Virus record (IMG/VR): IMGVR_UViG_3300037307_000217
Coordinates: 1 to 47,418 of that record
DNA: 47,418 bases
Reading direction: 5' to 3' (one strand)
From: a virus
Lineage: Duplodnaviria; Caudoviricetes
Shown piece after piece: positions 37,959 to 47,340 of this stretch. Positions within the stretch are counted from its first letter, which is position 1. Each line of letters starts with the position of its first letter. Below the pieces are notes generated by a model. It was not told the origin of the DNA, ran no database searches, and saw nothing but the letters and a program-made list of their open reading frames with translations. The translations under genes were made by a program, and so were the position numbers.

Positions 37959-38033
37959 GCCCTCAAAGCATTGATGGTGATGCGGCGGTTTCGTAAGCCG
38001 CATAACCTAGTTCGAATCTAGGTGAGGGCTCCA
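37959..38033 (+). tRNA. tRNA-Thr(CGT)
   Basis: GCGGT-TTCGTAA-GCCGC, TCCA. Confidence 0.85.
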
Positions 38034-38047
38034 CTAAGGAGACTGCT

Positions 38048-38447
38048 ATGAAAGAGTTACATTTGACGAAGAAGGACTTCAAGTTGGAGTGGTTCTCTGG
38101 AACTGGTGCTGGAGGGCAGTATCGCAATAAGCATCAGAACTGCTGTCGCATCACTCACATTGAAAGCGGGCTGATGTGTACAGGGCAGTCTCAAAGAGAT
38201 CGTCTTTAGCAACCAGAGAGAAGCTTTCACTAATCTCGCTAAGAAGCTGATTGCACTGTACTGCACAGAATCTGAAGAGAGACGCGAGTCATCTGATGTT
38301 GTCAGGACTTATCATTTCGAGAGGAACATTGCTACTGATGGTAGCATCTCGATGCCAGTGGAAGTTGCGATGGATGGAAACATCGACCCATTCATCATCA
38401 ATACACTTCAGTACGGCAGAGAGAAACGTAGTACAGGTAGATCATAA
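38048..38447 (+). CDS. GGQ-motif peptide-release-factor-like protein, split by a +1 frameshift at CTT TAG C (missed by ORF track)
   Basis: MKELHLTKKDFKLEWFSGTGAGGQYRNKHQNCCRITHIESG...QSQRDRL then +1 frame SNQREAF...VVRTYHFERN...MDGNIDPFI; AAGGAG SD. Confidence 0.85.
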
Positions 38448-38525
38448 GCCGCTCTAGCTCATTTGGTTTAGAGCACTCGACCGATAATCGAGAGGTGCCT
38501 GGTTCGAATCCAGGGAGCGGCACCA
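38448..38525 (+). tRNA. tRNA-Ile(GAT)
   Basis: CTCGA-CCGATAA-TCGAG (C at position 33), CCA. Confidence 0.85.
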
Positions 38526-38791
38526 ACCATAAGAGACTAACATGACTATGGAAACACTAGATACCATTCTCGAAGAGATCGCAGATCGTAGTGGAATCTG
38601 TAGCCATCACATAGAAGGAGAACAGACAGAATGTCGCAGTTGTTTTATTGAATCTCTGAGACAGCGACTTATCAAAGCCGTTAAGTTCGAGATTGCTTTT
38701 AGAGAGTATCTCAAAAAAGCTGAACAACGCTACTGAAGGACAACTACACCCCACTGCTTACAGTTGAAGCGAAGAGGTGACATCTTAAAAC

Positions 38792-38897
38792 TGCTCTAAT
38801 CCGTATTCCAAACTCCTGTATCGGATAGAGTAAACATAGGAGTGGTCAATGACTACAGTACATCGAGCTAGGCACCTCCTATGGAAAGGAGGGGCTA
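38792..38897 (+). promoter_or_regulatory. structured 5' leader with SD-sequestering hairpin
   Basis: CCTCCT(38875)/AGGAGG(38887) hairpin just before ATG 38898; alternative pairings upstream. Confidence 0.55.
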
Positions 38898-39269
38898 ATG
38901 CTAATCAAATCTGCTATACTCTGCCTCGCGCTCAACATTTACTTCGAAGCAAGAGGTGAGCCGCCACAGGGCCAATACGCTGTCGCGCATGTTACACTCA
39001 ACCGAGTCAAACAGAACCACAGTAACATCTGCACTGAAGTATTCAAACAAGGCCAATTCAGTTGGACTAGACACAAGTTTAAGATCCCAAGCGATAAGGA
39101 TGAAAGCTGGAAAGTAGCACAAGAGGTGGCTCGAAGAGCAATCGCTTCAAAAGACAACACGGGTGGAGCAACAAACTTTCATTCGAAGAACTGTCGAAAC
39201 ACCAGTGACTTCAAGAACAAAAGAGTAACAACAAGGATCGGGGGTCATATCTTTTACGCGACTAAATAA
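38898..39269 (+). CDS. SleB/Hydrolase_2-family cell-wall hydrolase
   Basis: CLALNIYFEARGE, VAHVTLNRV, QFSW, IGGHIFY. Confidence 0.9.
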   Translation: MLIKSAILCLALNIYFEARGEPPQGQYAVAHVTLNRVKQNHSNICTEVFKQGQFSWTRHKFKIPSDKDESWKVAQEVARRAIASKDNTGGATNFHSKNCRNTSDFKNKRVTTRIGGHIFYATK

Positions 39270-39304
39270 GTAATGCGATAACTACCCCAACAAGGAGCAC
39301 TCTT

Positions 39305-39640
39305 ATGAAAACATTCAACGAATTCGTCGCAGCAATCGACATTGATGAAGAAACTTACAAGCGTAGTGTACTGGATGAAGCTAACTACACGTCCACTCAT
39401 TACCGCTCTGCTTCACAAATGGCTATGCTGCACAAGAACGTACTCAAAGCAAACAACCACACGATTGTATCTCATGAAACAGATGGGCAAGGTGCTCATC
39501 ATATCGTGCATATCACTCCTAATAAGAAAGTGAGAAAGACAACTATCACACCTGTACACTCATCTGGACGTAAGCAATCTACGATACATGATCGCCCAGG
39601 TACTGCAGAAGAACATGCTAAGTACGGCCCCAAGAAATGA
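39305..39640 (+). CDS. candidate internal head protein
   Basis: MKTFNEFV N-terminus; CTAAATA box at 39262; AAGGAG SD. Confidence 0.55.
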   Translation: MKTFNEFVAAIDIDEETYKRSVLDEANYTSTHYRSASQMAMLHKNVLKANNHTIVSHETDGQGAHHIVHITPNKKVRKTTITPVHSSGRKQSTIHDRPGTAEEHAKYGPKK

Positions 39641-39666
39641 AGTGAAATCAACTCTGTGAGGATTAT

Positions 39667-40122
39667 ATGAATCAACAGAAAAGATGTAAGCCGATTGTCG
39701 CTGCACTAGCAGCAGCCGCAATCCTGGCAGGATGTGCGACAGCAGATAGGGGACAGAGTGCTGATGTGTTGAGCACCTACGCGGCATTCCAACAGGGGTT
39801 CAGTGAGGGTAACCCACTAATGGCACACCTGACGATTCCGGAGATGTTTGCTGTCAAGTTAGGAGTAACGCAAGCCGTCAAGTTCTTACCCGACCCGTAT
39901 TGCACGAGTGGGTTGTGGGCACTAACTGGAGTGGGGTATAGTGCCGCACTCTGGAACGTAGGCGTTATACTCGGTAGTGGCCCTGCCGCCATTCCTGTAG
40001 TAGTGGGGCTGTGGTGGTGGCAATGGGATGATTGGAGAGACTCATCCTATAGAACGTGTCAGGATCCGTGGCACTTTGAGCCACCGACGTTCTTACCAGA
40101 CTCTCACAATGACATGAATTAG
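39667..40122 (+). CDS. putative lipoprotein / membrane protein
   Basis: Lipobox ILAGC; EGNPLM motif; hydrophobic helices. Confidence 0.65.
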   Translation: MNQQKRCKPIVAALAAAAILAGCATADRGQSADVLSTYAAFQQGFSEGNPLMAHLTIPEMFAVKLGVTQAVKFLPDPYCTSGLWALTGVGYSAALWNVGVILGSGPAAIPVVVGLWWWQWDDWRDSSYRTCQDPWHFEPPTFLPDSHNDMN

Positions 40123-40123
40123 G

Positions 40124-40624
40124 ATGGCAAAGAAAGGATCAACACCTTGGAACAAAGGAATGAAAGGGACACCTTCTCCTTGGTTCAAAGGAATGCCAGG
40201 AACGTTTCAAGGACGACACCATTCAGAAGAAACAAAACTTCGTTTGTCTGTCGTTGCTCGAGAGCGCAAGTTTGGAGGATATACACAGGGGTCAGGTGTA
40301 GGAAAGAAGGGGTGGTATCAAGGGTTCTTTTGTGATAGTAGTTGGGAACTTGCTTTTGTGATCTATTGCTTAGATCATAACATATCTATCAGAAGAAACA
40401 CTGAGAAACGCCAATACACTTGGCAAGGCAAGAGGCGAAATTACATTCCAGATTTTGTTGTCAACGGCGTCATTACAGAGATCAAAGGGTTTGATTCAGA
40501 ACAATGGCAAGAAAAGATAAGAGAGAATCCTGATGTCGTAGTGATGTATGAGACTGATATGCTGCCCATACTTGAATATGTCAAATCTAAGTATGGAAAG
40601 AATTTTGTGGAACTCTATGAATAG
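40124..40624 (+). CDS. putative homing endonuclease (NUMOD3 plus PD-(D/E)xK)
   Basis: PWNKG, GRHHSEETKLRLS, DSSWELAF, YIPDF..EIKG; sits next to a tRNA. Confidence 0.75.
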   Translation: MAKKGSTPWNKGMKGTPSPWFKGMPGTFQGRHHSEETKLRLSVVARERKFGGYTQGSGVGKKGWYQGFFCDSSWELAFVIYCLDHNISIRRNTEKRQYTWQGKRRNYIPDFVVNGVITEIKGFDSEQWQEKIRENPDVVVMYETDMLPILEYVKSKYGKNFVELYE

Positions 40625-40714
40625 GTGAGGCTACCGTATTGGTGAACGGCACAGTCTTGAAAACTGTTTGATCCAGTAATGGGTTTGTGAGTTCGAATCT
40701 CACCCTCACCGCCA
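40624..40714 (+). tRNA. tRNA-Ser(TGA)
   Basis: ACAGT-CTTGAAA-ACTGT, long variable arm, GCCA. Confidence 0.9.
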
Positions 40715-40904
40715 ATTCCAACTCAATGAGGTGACTTATGTTCGAAGTTATTTGGGGTAAATCAGTTATCTTTGGTGATCCCGAACGAAAGCTGTACATG
40801 ACCTATTACGGCGTCTTTGTGTTATCTACATTCATCGGCGTGGGCCAGATCAGTAAGCGTCCGCCTGCTCCTAAAGAAACATTCAAACCACGAATGGCGT
40901 AACT

Positions 40905-41330
40905 ATGGACATACTTCTTGAGATAGTGACAGTGTCGTTCGTTTTACTCGGGATGGGAATGCTGATAGTGTGGTTGCTGATCAAATTCACGCTATTCATG
41001 ATGAAACTGACAGAAGAGATGACTCATCAAGCGACGATGCTCAAGCACCGACCCCGTCTCTGGTGGCAGTTTCACAAGAGGTATCGCTCTTGTGCTGACC
41101 CTATGCTTGAGCTAGATTCAGCAGCCATGCTCGATATGACCGAAGAGGAGTTCAATCAGTACTACAGAAAGCTACACAATCTCAGAGAACAGGTCTGTCG
41201 CTCTCGTTCTAACGATTCAGGAGTTCGTGTAACCAAAGGATTCGCACGATACAAGCAAATGATTGTCCCGCCGGAACCTCGATACGATGATGTATACAAA
41301 GAAGGGGTAGATTGGCTCAACAAGCAATGA
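40905..41330 (+). CDS. membrane-anchored hypothetical protein
   Basis: N-terminal TM segment. Confidence 0.55.
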   Translation: MDILLEIVTVSFVLLGMGMLIVWLLIKFTLFMMKLTEEMTHQATMLKHRPRLWWQFHKRYRSCADPMLELDSAAMLDMTEEEFNQYYRKLHNLREQVCRSRSNDSGVRVTKGFARYKQMIVPPEPRYDDVYKEGVDWLNKQ

Positions 41331-41517
41331 TGAGGTGATATGATGGAAACTCTAAACAAAGCGGTTGTTTTTGACAGACGTGATCACATACCTCCTGTTG
41401 TGGAGGATGAAAAAGATCGAAAGATCAAAGAGCTTGAAAAGAACATCAGAACTCTCGAGAATCAAATAGCCCATTTGAAATGGGTAACAGGTGCGCATTC
41501 ATTCTTATGATACATAT

Positions 41518-41611
41518 GGAGGGGTGGGTGAGTTGGCTGAAACCGGCACCCTGCTAAGGTGTTAGTCCTCGTCAAGAGGGCTCGAGGGTTCGAATCCCTC
41601 CCCCTTCGCCA
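41518..41611 (+). tRNA. tRNA-Ser(GCT)
   Basis: GCACC-CTGCTAA-GGTGT, long variable arm, GCCA. Confidence 0.92.
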
Positions 41612-42058
41612 ACTTCAGGAGGTATGGTGAACAGCATTGTTCTCAAACCGCAAGTGACAGTGAATGGTAGAGTTTGGAATCTCTACAGCTTTGATTTCCA
41701 AACCGCCGATGGACTCTTCTCCAGTTATCTCTACGCCATCTCATTCGAGCATGCTGCAGCGATTCTGGAGGAACTCAAAGAGACTGCTAAACTCAGCGGT
41801 CAAATCATCCATGCAGTATCAAATGAGAGGTAGAGATATGTCTAAAACAGCATACAGGTTTTATTGGGATAATGGATCAGGCAAGTCTGGCAATACCGAA
41901 TTGACAGCCATCGTCATTGCATCAGAATTCGCTGAGGCACTCAAGGCGTTCACCACAGCTTACCCAGATCACCCAGTCAAGAACGTCAGGAATGTTGAGG
42001 TCCTAATGGACCAAGTAGTGGTCGCGTGATAACTGTAACATAATGATGAGGTAGACAT

Positions 42059-42403
42059 ATGAAACTCAAGACACTTTTGATTGGTGCGGTTCTAGGGCTA
42101 GTTCTATTACCAGCAGCGGTGAATGTCGGCTTCTATGAGATGACAAAGCAGACGGTGGATGTGACGATCAATCGAATCGACAAGACATCAGACGGCAACT
42201 ACGTCTACCTCTTGAAGGATCCCTACGAGTGGGGCATGATCAGGAACGACGATAACTGGTGGATCCTCAAGCGCAATAGCGGCGTCCTCATGGGCAAGCT
42301 ACTAGAGGGTGGTAACTGTAATCTCACAGTGTACGGGTGGCGCTTCACCTGGCTCTCTTGGGCTCCTAATCTCGTGTCGGTCAACAGCTGTAGTAGAGGT
42401 TGA
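42059..42403 (+). CDS. membrane-anchored phage protein
   Basis: N-terminal TM; C-terminal VYGWR...S..PN. Confidence 0.6.
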   Translation: MKLKTLLIGAVLGLVLLPAAVNVGFYEMTKQTVDVTINRIDKTSDGNYVYLLKDPYEWGMIRNDDNWWILKRNSGVLMGKLLEGGNCNLTVYGWRFTWLSWAPNLVSVNSCSRG

Positions 42404-42428
42404 CATTCTGCCGTAATCTGTCTATAAT
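42400..42428 (+). promoter_or_regulatory. sigma70 consensus promoter
   Basis: TTGACA-17-TATAAT. Confidence 0.85.
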
Positions 42429-42458
42429 AAGCAGAAATATTATCAACCTGGAGGCACA

Positions 42459-43471
42459 ATGACCTTTCACTACGAGACACTCACAGCAGAAGAGATACTC
42501 AAAATCAAAAGCCCTTACATGCTATTCGGATCGAAATTCCATGCAGCGGCTTCCAGAAAGCTCAGGCAGATGTGGCACCCGGACAGGAATGATGATCCAT
42601 TGGCGGTGAAGTACTCCGCCATATCAATGAGTTGGTCGATCGAGCCGACAAGGGTGATTGGGGCAATGTACTCACTGTTTCTGATCTGACATCCAGCAAA
42701 AGACAATTCAATTTCAAGTACAGAAAAAAGCTAGAGATTGATGTCGGAGCGATGTATATCGGCAAGCAGACTGTCCTCTTCGATGTTCCTACTGAGAATG
42801 AAGATCTCTATCGAGCCGGCGTAGCCTCCATTCAGGGTGTGAAGTATCCTTCTAACATGATCGAACAGAACTTCAAACGCTTCATACCTAGAGACTTGCT
42901 GCAATACAGATCAGATGCTGGATTGGCTATGACGGTGTACAAAAACCAAGACCAGCTGTGCTTGGCTGATCTGATTGAAGCGGGGTATGAATTCAAACCA
43001 GGGCATCTGTCATGGATCATCACAGGGCTCTACAACTTCGCTCTATTCATGGAACAAGCCCAACACAAGATGTTCGGTGGGCTGTCACTTGATGGCATTT
43101 TCGTCAATCCACAGTTCCGCACTGTCCACATTCTAGGTGGATGGTGGTTCTCTCAAAGGATTGATACCCCTATGGTCGGATTGCCAAACTGGATAGTTTC
43201 ACACGTTCCGGCATCTGTCCTCACTGCCAAGAAAGCAACAACTGTTATTGATCAAATCGCAATCCGCTGTCTGGCTATGCGCCTACTCGGAGATATGACA
43301 ATGGTCGGTAGTAGCTTGTTACACGACAAGCAAAACAAGCCGATTGTTCAATTCCTTCGCTCTAGTCCGCGAGAAACTCTGATCAAAGACTATGGCGATT
43401 GGATGAAGATTGAAAAGGATCTTCCTCGCCTAGATGTTTTAACGACGTTCAACGATCTGTATCAACAATGA
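42459..43471 (+). CDS. J-domain-like N-terminus fused to a degenerate kinase-like domain; frameshift near 42610
   Basis: WHPDRN J-domain motif in the 42459 frame; 42632 frame open from VLRHINELVDRA; GGLSLDGIFVNP..H.LGGWW resembles a divergent kinase catalytic loop. Confidence 0.6.
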
Positions 43472-43483
43472 GAGGTGTTCCCA

Positions 43484-44422
43484 ATGGGTTATTCGACATG
43501 GTCTACTCGTGAATGGACTTCGTATGCTGCTACGACCAGCACGAAATCTACTGAAGAGATCTTCACCAGCAGATCTCTTGACAAGGATCTCAATCCCTTC
43601 GGTGTCCTGATTCGCGAAAGCCGCGATAGCGATGCCAATCCTAACAGCACTGCAGTAATCGTCGGTGTCGATGTCACTGGCAGCATGGGCGTTATCGCAG
43701 ACTATCTGGTTCGCACTGGCATCGGTGTCTTCTTCGAAGAGCTGTTGAACCGCAAGCCGGTTACTGATCCGCACATGATGATTATGGGCATCGGTGATGC
43801 GAAGTACGACACTGCGCCACTCCAGGTCAGTCAGTTCGAAGCCGACCTCACTATCGCCAAATGGCTCGAGAAGATCTTCGTCGAGCACGGCGGTGGCGGC
43901 AACGCTATCGAGTCGTACGAACTGCCTTACTACTTCGCCTACAACCACACCTCTATCGACTGCTTCGAAAAGCGCGGCAAGAAGGGTTACATCTTCACTA
44001 TCGGCGACGAAGAGTGCCCAGAGAAGGTCTATGCCGCAGAAGTGAAGAAGGTGATGGGCGATGATATGCTGCAGGATATGACCTTCGAAGACATCCTCCA
44101 GAAGGCTCAGCAGATGTACAACTGCTACCACATCATGATCGCCCAGGGCAATCACGCTCGTCATCGCGCGGATCGAGTCAAGACCAGTTGGCGTAACTTG
44201 TTCGGCCAACGTGCGATCTGGTTGGAAGACTACACCAAGTTGTCAGAGACTATGGTCAGCATCATCCAGTTGAATGAGGGTGAGAAGAAGGAAGACGTCA
44301 TCAAGACCTGGTCGGGCGACACGGCTATGGTCGTGACCCGCGCCTTGGCTAACGCCGAGAACGATATGGTTGTCGTGCCTGGGTTCGATGGTAAGGCTCG
44401 TCGAGGAGTCGCTAGGTTCTAA
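43484..44422 (+). CDS. vWA (MIDAS) domain protein
   Basis: DVTGSM MIDAS motif, GGGGN..ESY, FTIGDE. Confidence 0.85.
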   Translation: MGYSTWSTREWTSYAATTSTKSTEEIFTSRSLDKDLNPFGVLIRESRDSDANPNSTAVIVGVDVTGSMGVIADYLVRTGIGVFFEELLNRKPVTDPHMMIMGIGDAKYDTAPLQVSQFEADLTIAKWLEKIFVEHGGGGNAIESYELPYYFAYNHTSIDCFEKRGKKGYIFTIGDEECPEKVYAAEVKKVMGDDMLQDMTFEDILQKAQQMYNCYHIMIAQGNHARHRADRVKTSWRNLFGQRAIWLEDYTKLSETMVSIIQLNEGEKKEDVIKTWSGDTAMVVTRALANAENDMVVVPGFDGKARRGVARF

Positions 44423-44450
44423 CGGCAATCTCAATTGGTGGGTGTTGAGG

Positions 44451-44458
44451 TATAAATA
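44451..44458 (+). promoter_or_regulatory. T4-type late promoter
   Basis: TATAAATA upstream of the neck gene. Confidence 0.75.
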
Positions 44459-44492
44459 ACAGATACTAAGATATCCACCAATTGAGGCTCTA

Positions 44493-45162
44493 ATGAAATA
44501 CGGCACACTAAACCCCTGGTTCGATTTTTACAACTGCGTAGAAGAGCAAGATTTCTACTCAGATTTTGTTGATGAGAACATTCGTATCGCAGGAACCGAG
44601 GCGCTTTTCATTCCCAAGGACTACGTCAGCGTAGATAGTATCCTAGGAGAACCGTTTCAGACTCTGTACACGCGCTTCTTTCCGATGCCAGTCGTTCTTA
44701 CTACGCCTCAAGGCTATGGCGGAGATGGCGATATGATGACTCAATTCGGGCTACGTTTTATGAATTCTAGTGAGTGGGTCATCAGTAAAAAGATGTTCAG
44801 AGAGCTTAAGATACCGGGCAGAGATATACGCCCTCTTGAAGGAGACCTTCTTCTCATCCGGACCCACAGAAGGGCAAACGACTTACGTTGATCCGCAGTT
44901 CACTTACAGCATGATGGAGATAACATACGTCAAGCATGAATCCCCTAACTGGCCACTAGGTCGTTATTACGTCTTTCAAGTGATGTGTCAGTTGTATGTT
45001 GCATCCTATGAGAAGTTTCAAACTGGTCAACCAGACATCGATCTGGAGAACACACAATACGATAACCAATCCAATCTTGACATTGCGGCAAACAAAGACC
45101 TAGACAATAAGATAGCTGAATTGGTTGACTTCACTGAAAACAACCCGTTTGGACGATTCTAA
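44493..45162 (+). CDS. neck protein (T4 gp14-like); frameshift near 44858
   Basis: EQD....VDE.I..G....PK...D.ILGE, GYGG.GD..QFG, RPLEGDL; second frame MEITYVKHE.P...LG..YV, DFTENNPFG. Confidence 0.85.
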
Positions 45163-45173
45163 AGGATAGGCAC

Positions 45174-46115
45174 ATGAGCGGAAGATCAAACTACTTTTAC
45201 TATCAGACTATCAAGAACCTGATTGCTTCTTTTGGGATCATATTCAGTGATGTAGTGTATGTCAACGACTTTGGTGACACTATAAAGGTTCCGCTTCACT
45301 ATTCACCGAGAGAGAAGTTCATAGAGTTCATTCAAGTCAAGACTGACTATGACAGCGCTCTTGATACTGACACGACACTCCCTAGAATGGGATTTGAGTT
45401 GTCAACCATCGACTATGACAGCTCGAGAATGCTCAATCCGATGAGCAAGATCAGGGACGTCGCAGACGCAAGTGGGAACTACATGTACAACAGAGTGCCG
45501 TATATGTTCTCTTTTACACTGTACCTAGGCACTCGTAAGTTTGAAGACAGCCTGAAGATCATTGAGCAGATAGTTCCGTTTTTCACTCCTGATTTCAACA
45601 TCACAATCAAAGATAAGGGTGACTTTGGGATCTCAACAGATGTGCCGATAGTCCTCAACAACGTGTCATACACGATGGACTGGCAGGGGTCATTTGAAAC
45701 TCGTCGAACTATCTTGTGGCAACTTGACTTTTCAGCCAAAGCGTATCTCTACAGTAATATTAGAGAACAGAAGCGCATCAAAGAAACCATCATTGGTATG
45801 GAAGACAAAGATTTCAATCTTGTCTACGAGAGCTTGATCAGTACTGTCAATCCACGCGAAGCAGAGAAGAGTGATCCGCACACAATCATTGATCAATTGA
45901 TTGGCGGTAAGCCTCCGATCAAGCTATCGTTCAACGCTTACACTGGAAGCATCTTGAGTCTAGGATCACCTGGAAATGACGATCCGGCTTCGGTGATACA
46001 TTTGAGACCTGCGTACACTGGAGCAGACATGCAGATTATCGAAGGACTGCAACACGGTGGGGTTGCATTGCCCCTATCATCAGTAAGTGGAGAAACACTC
46101 AACTCAACGCTATGA
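45174..46115 (+). CDS. tail terminator / sheath stabiliser (T4 gp15-like)
   Basis: YFY..TIK....FG..F, IKVPL.Y.PREKF, LPRMGFE....YD..R, IIEQIVPFFTP. Confidence 0.9.
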   Translation: MSGRSNYFYYQTIKNLIASFGIIFSDVVYVNDFGDTIKVPLHYSPREKFIEFIQVKTDYDSALDTDTTLPRMGFELSTIDYDSSRMLNPMSKIRDVADASGNYMYNRVPYMFSFTLYLGTRKFEDSLKIIEQIVPFFTPDFNITIKDKGDFGISTDVPIVLNNVSYTMDWQGSFETRRTILWQLDFSAKAYLYSNIREQKRIKETIIGMEDKDFNLVYESLISTVNPREAEKSDPHTIIDQLIGGKPPIKLSFNAYTGSILSLGSPGNDDPASVIHLRPAYTGADMQIIEGLQHGGVALPLSSVSGETLNSTL

Positions 46116-46122
46116 GGGTCCT

Positions 46123-47340
46123 ATGAAAGTATACTGTGTTATCGGAGCAGGATACGGTGATGAAGGAAAGGGAATGTGGGTAGACTATCGCGCAAGAACA
46201 AGCGAGAAGCCACTCGTCATTCGAGCTAATAGTGGAGCCCAAGTCGGGCACACTGTCATCCGAGATGGTAAGCGTCACATCTTCAGCCATCTTGGTTCTG
46301 GCACACTCACAGGTGCACCTACTCTGTTTACTCGCTACTCTGTAGTCAACCCGATGCTGTTTATCAAGGAGATTTCAGGTAGGAACGCGCATATCCCGTT
46401 CCAGTTGTTTGTCGAATTGGACACTCCGGTGTCTACTCCCTACGATATGCTACTGAATCAAGTGTTGGAGATTCGTAGAGGTGCATCGAGGCACGGGTCT
46501 TGCGGCGCTGGCTTTGGAGTGACTTTGGAGAGAGAAGAGCAAAGAGTGCCGCTCCACTTCAGCGATCTTACTTCGATGACTCTAATGGATAGAATCAAGA
46601 GAGTGAGGAACTGGTGCCGAAATCAGTTAGGCGACCCGCAAGAAACTGACACTAAGTTCGTTAAGCAAGTCTACGAGTACTTCAGTGAGAATGAGATGCT
46701 AGAACGCTTCACTATGGACTGCAAGGTGTTTGCTGCACGAGCAACTACATGGCACCCCAATAGATTGAGTTGGGATGACTACGACACTCTGATCTTTGAA
46801 AACGGACAGGGGCTGTTGCTCGACCAAGAGTATGGGTCTTTCCCACACGTCACAAGAAGCAATACCGGATTCCGAAACATCGGAAAGGTGCTCAAACGCT
46901 TCAATCTATTCAATGAAGTGCCTGTAACTGTAGACTACATGACACGCTGTTACACTACTCGACATGGAGCAGGCCCACTGCCTTATGAAAGAAACAAGCC
47001 AGCGGGCATCGATGTTGATGATCCAACAAACATCTTCAACGAGTATCAACAGAATCTTCGATTTGCTCCACTCAATCTCTATGCTATCAATGAAGCTATA
47101 GAGTGGGATAAGAAGAGCCACCCTCCTAACACAACTATCAACCGAGTTGTCACTTGCTGTGATCAGATTGTGGGCGATGTCTGGAACAATCCAACTAGCA
47201 AAGAAGGAGAAGCTCATGTTGTAGAGTATGTGACAGGCAGCGGTGCACCTAGATTCTTAACAGCGCCTGTCTTTATGGGATTCATTCGTTCTGAATTCAA
47301 TGTTACCGTCGGGAGCCCAGAAGGCCCCTTATCATCCTAG
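46123..47340 (+). CDS. adenylosuccinate synthetase-like protein (PurA family)
   Basis: GAGYGDEGKG, GAQVGHT, HGSCGAG, FENGQGLLLD, TRHGAGP. Confidence 0.85.
   Translation: MKVYCVIGAGYGDEGKGMWVDYRARTSEKPLVIRANSGAQVGHTVIRDGKRHIFSHLGSGTLTGAPTLFTRYSVVNPMLFIKEISGRNAHIPFQLFVELDTPVSTPYDMLLNQVLEIRRGASRHGSCGAGFGVTLEREEQRVPLHFSDLTSMTLMDRIKRVRNWCRNQLGDPQETDTKFVKQVYEYFSENEMLERFTMDCKVFAARATTWHPNRLSWDDYDTLIFENGQGLLLDQEYGSFPHVTRSNTGFRNIGKVLKRFNLFNEVPVTVDYMTRCYTTRHGAGPLPYERNKPAGIDVDDPTNIFNEYQQNLRFAPLNLYAINEAIEWDKKSHPPNTTINRVVTCCDQIVGDVWNNPTSKEGEAHVVEYVTGSGAPRFLTAPVFMGFIRSEFNVTVGSPEGPLSS

Noticed and set aside
38207-38209. TAG stop-codon reassignment
   Set aside because: Many genes end normally in TAG, long ORFs are intact in code 11, no suppressor tRNA is seen, and homology resumes in the +1 frame.
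43484-44422. Ro60/Rsr protein (which has a vWA domain)
   Set aside because: Only about 310 aa with the MIDAS motif near the N-terminus, leaving no room for the large TROVE domain.
46123-47340. PurZ / Z-genome pathway
   Set aside because: The motif is GDEGKG with the PurA Asp rather than the Ser of PurZ, and no datZ or mazZ partner is seen.
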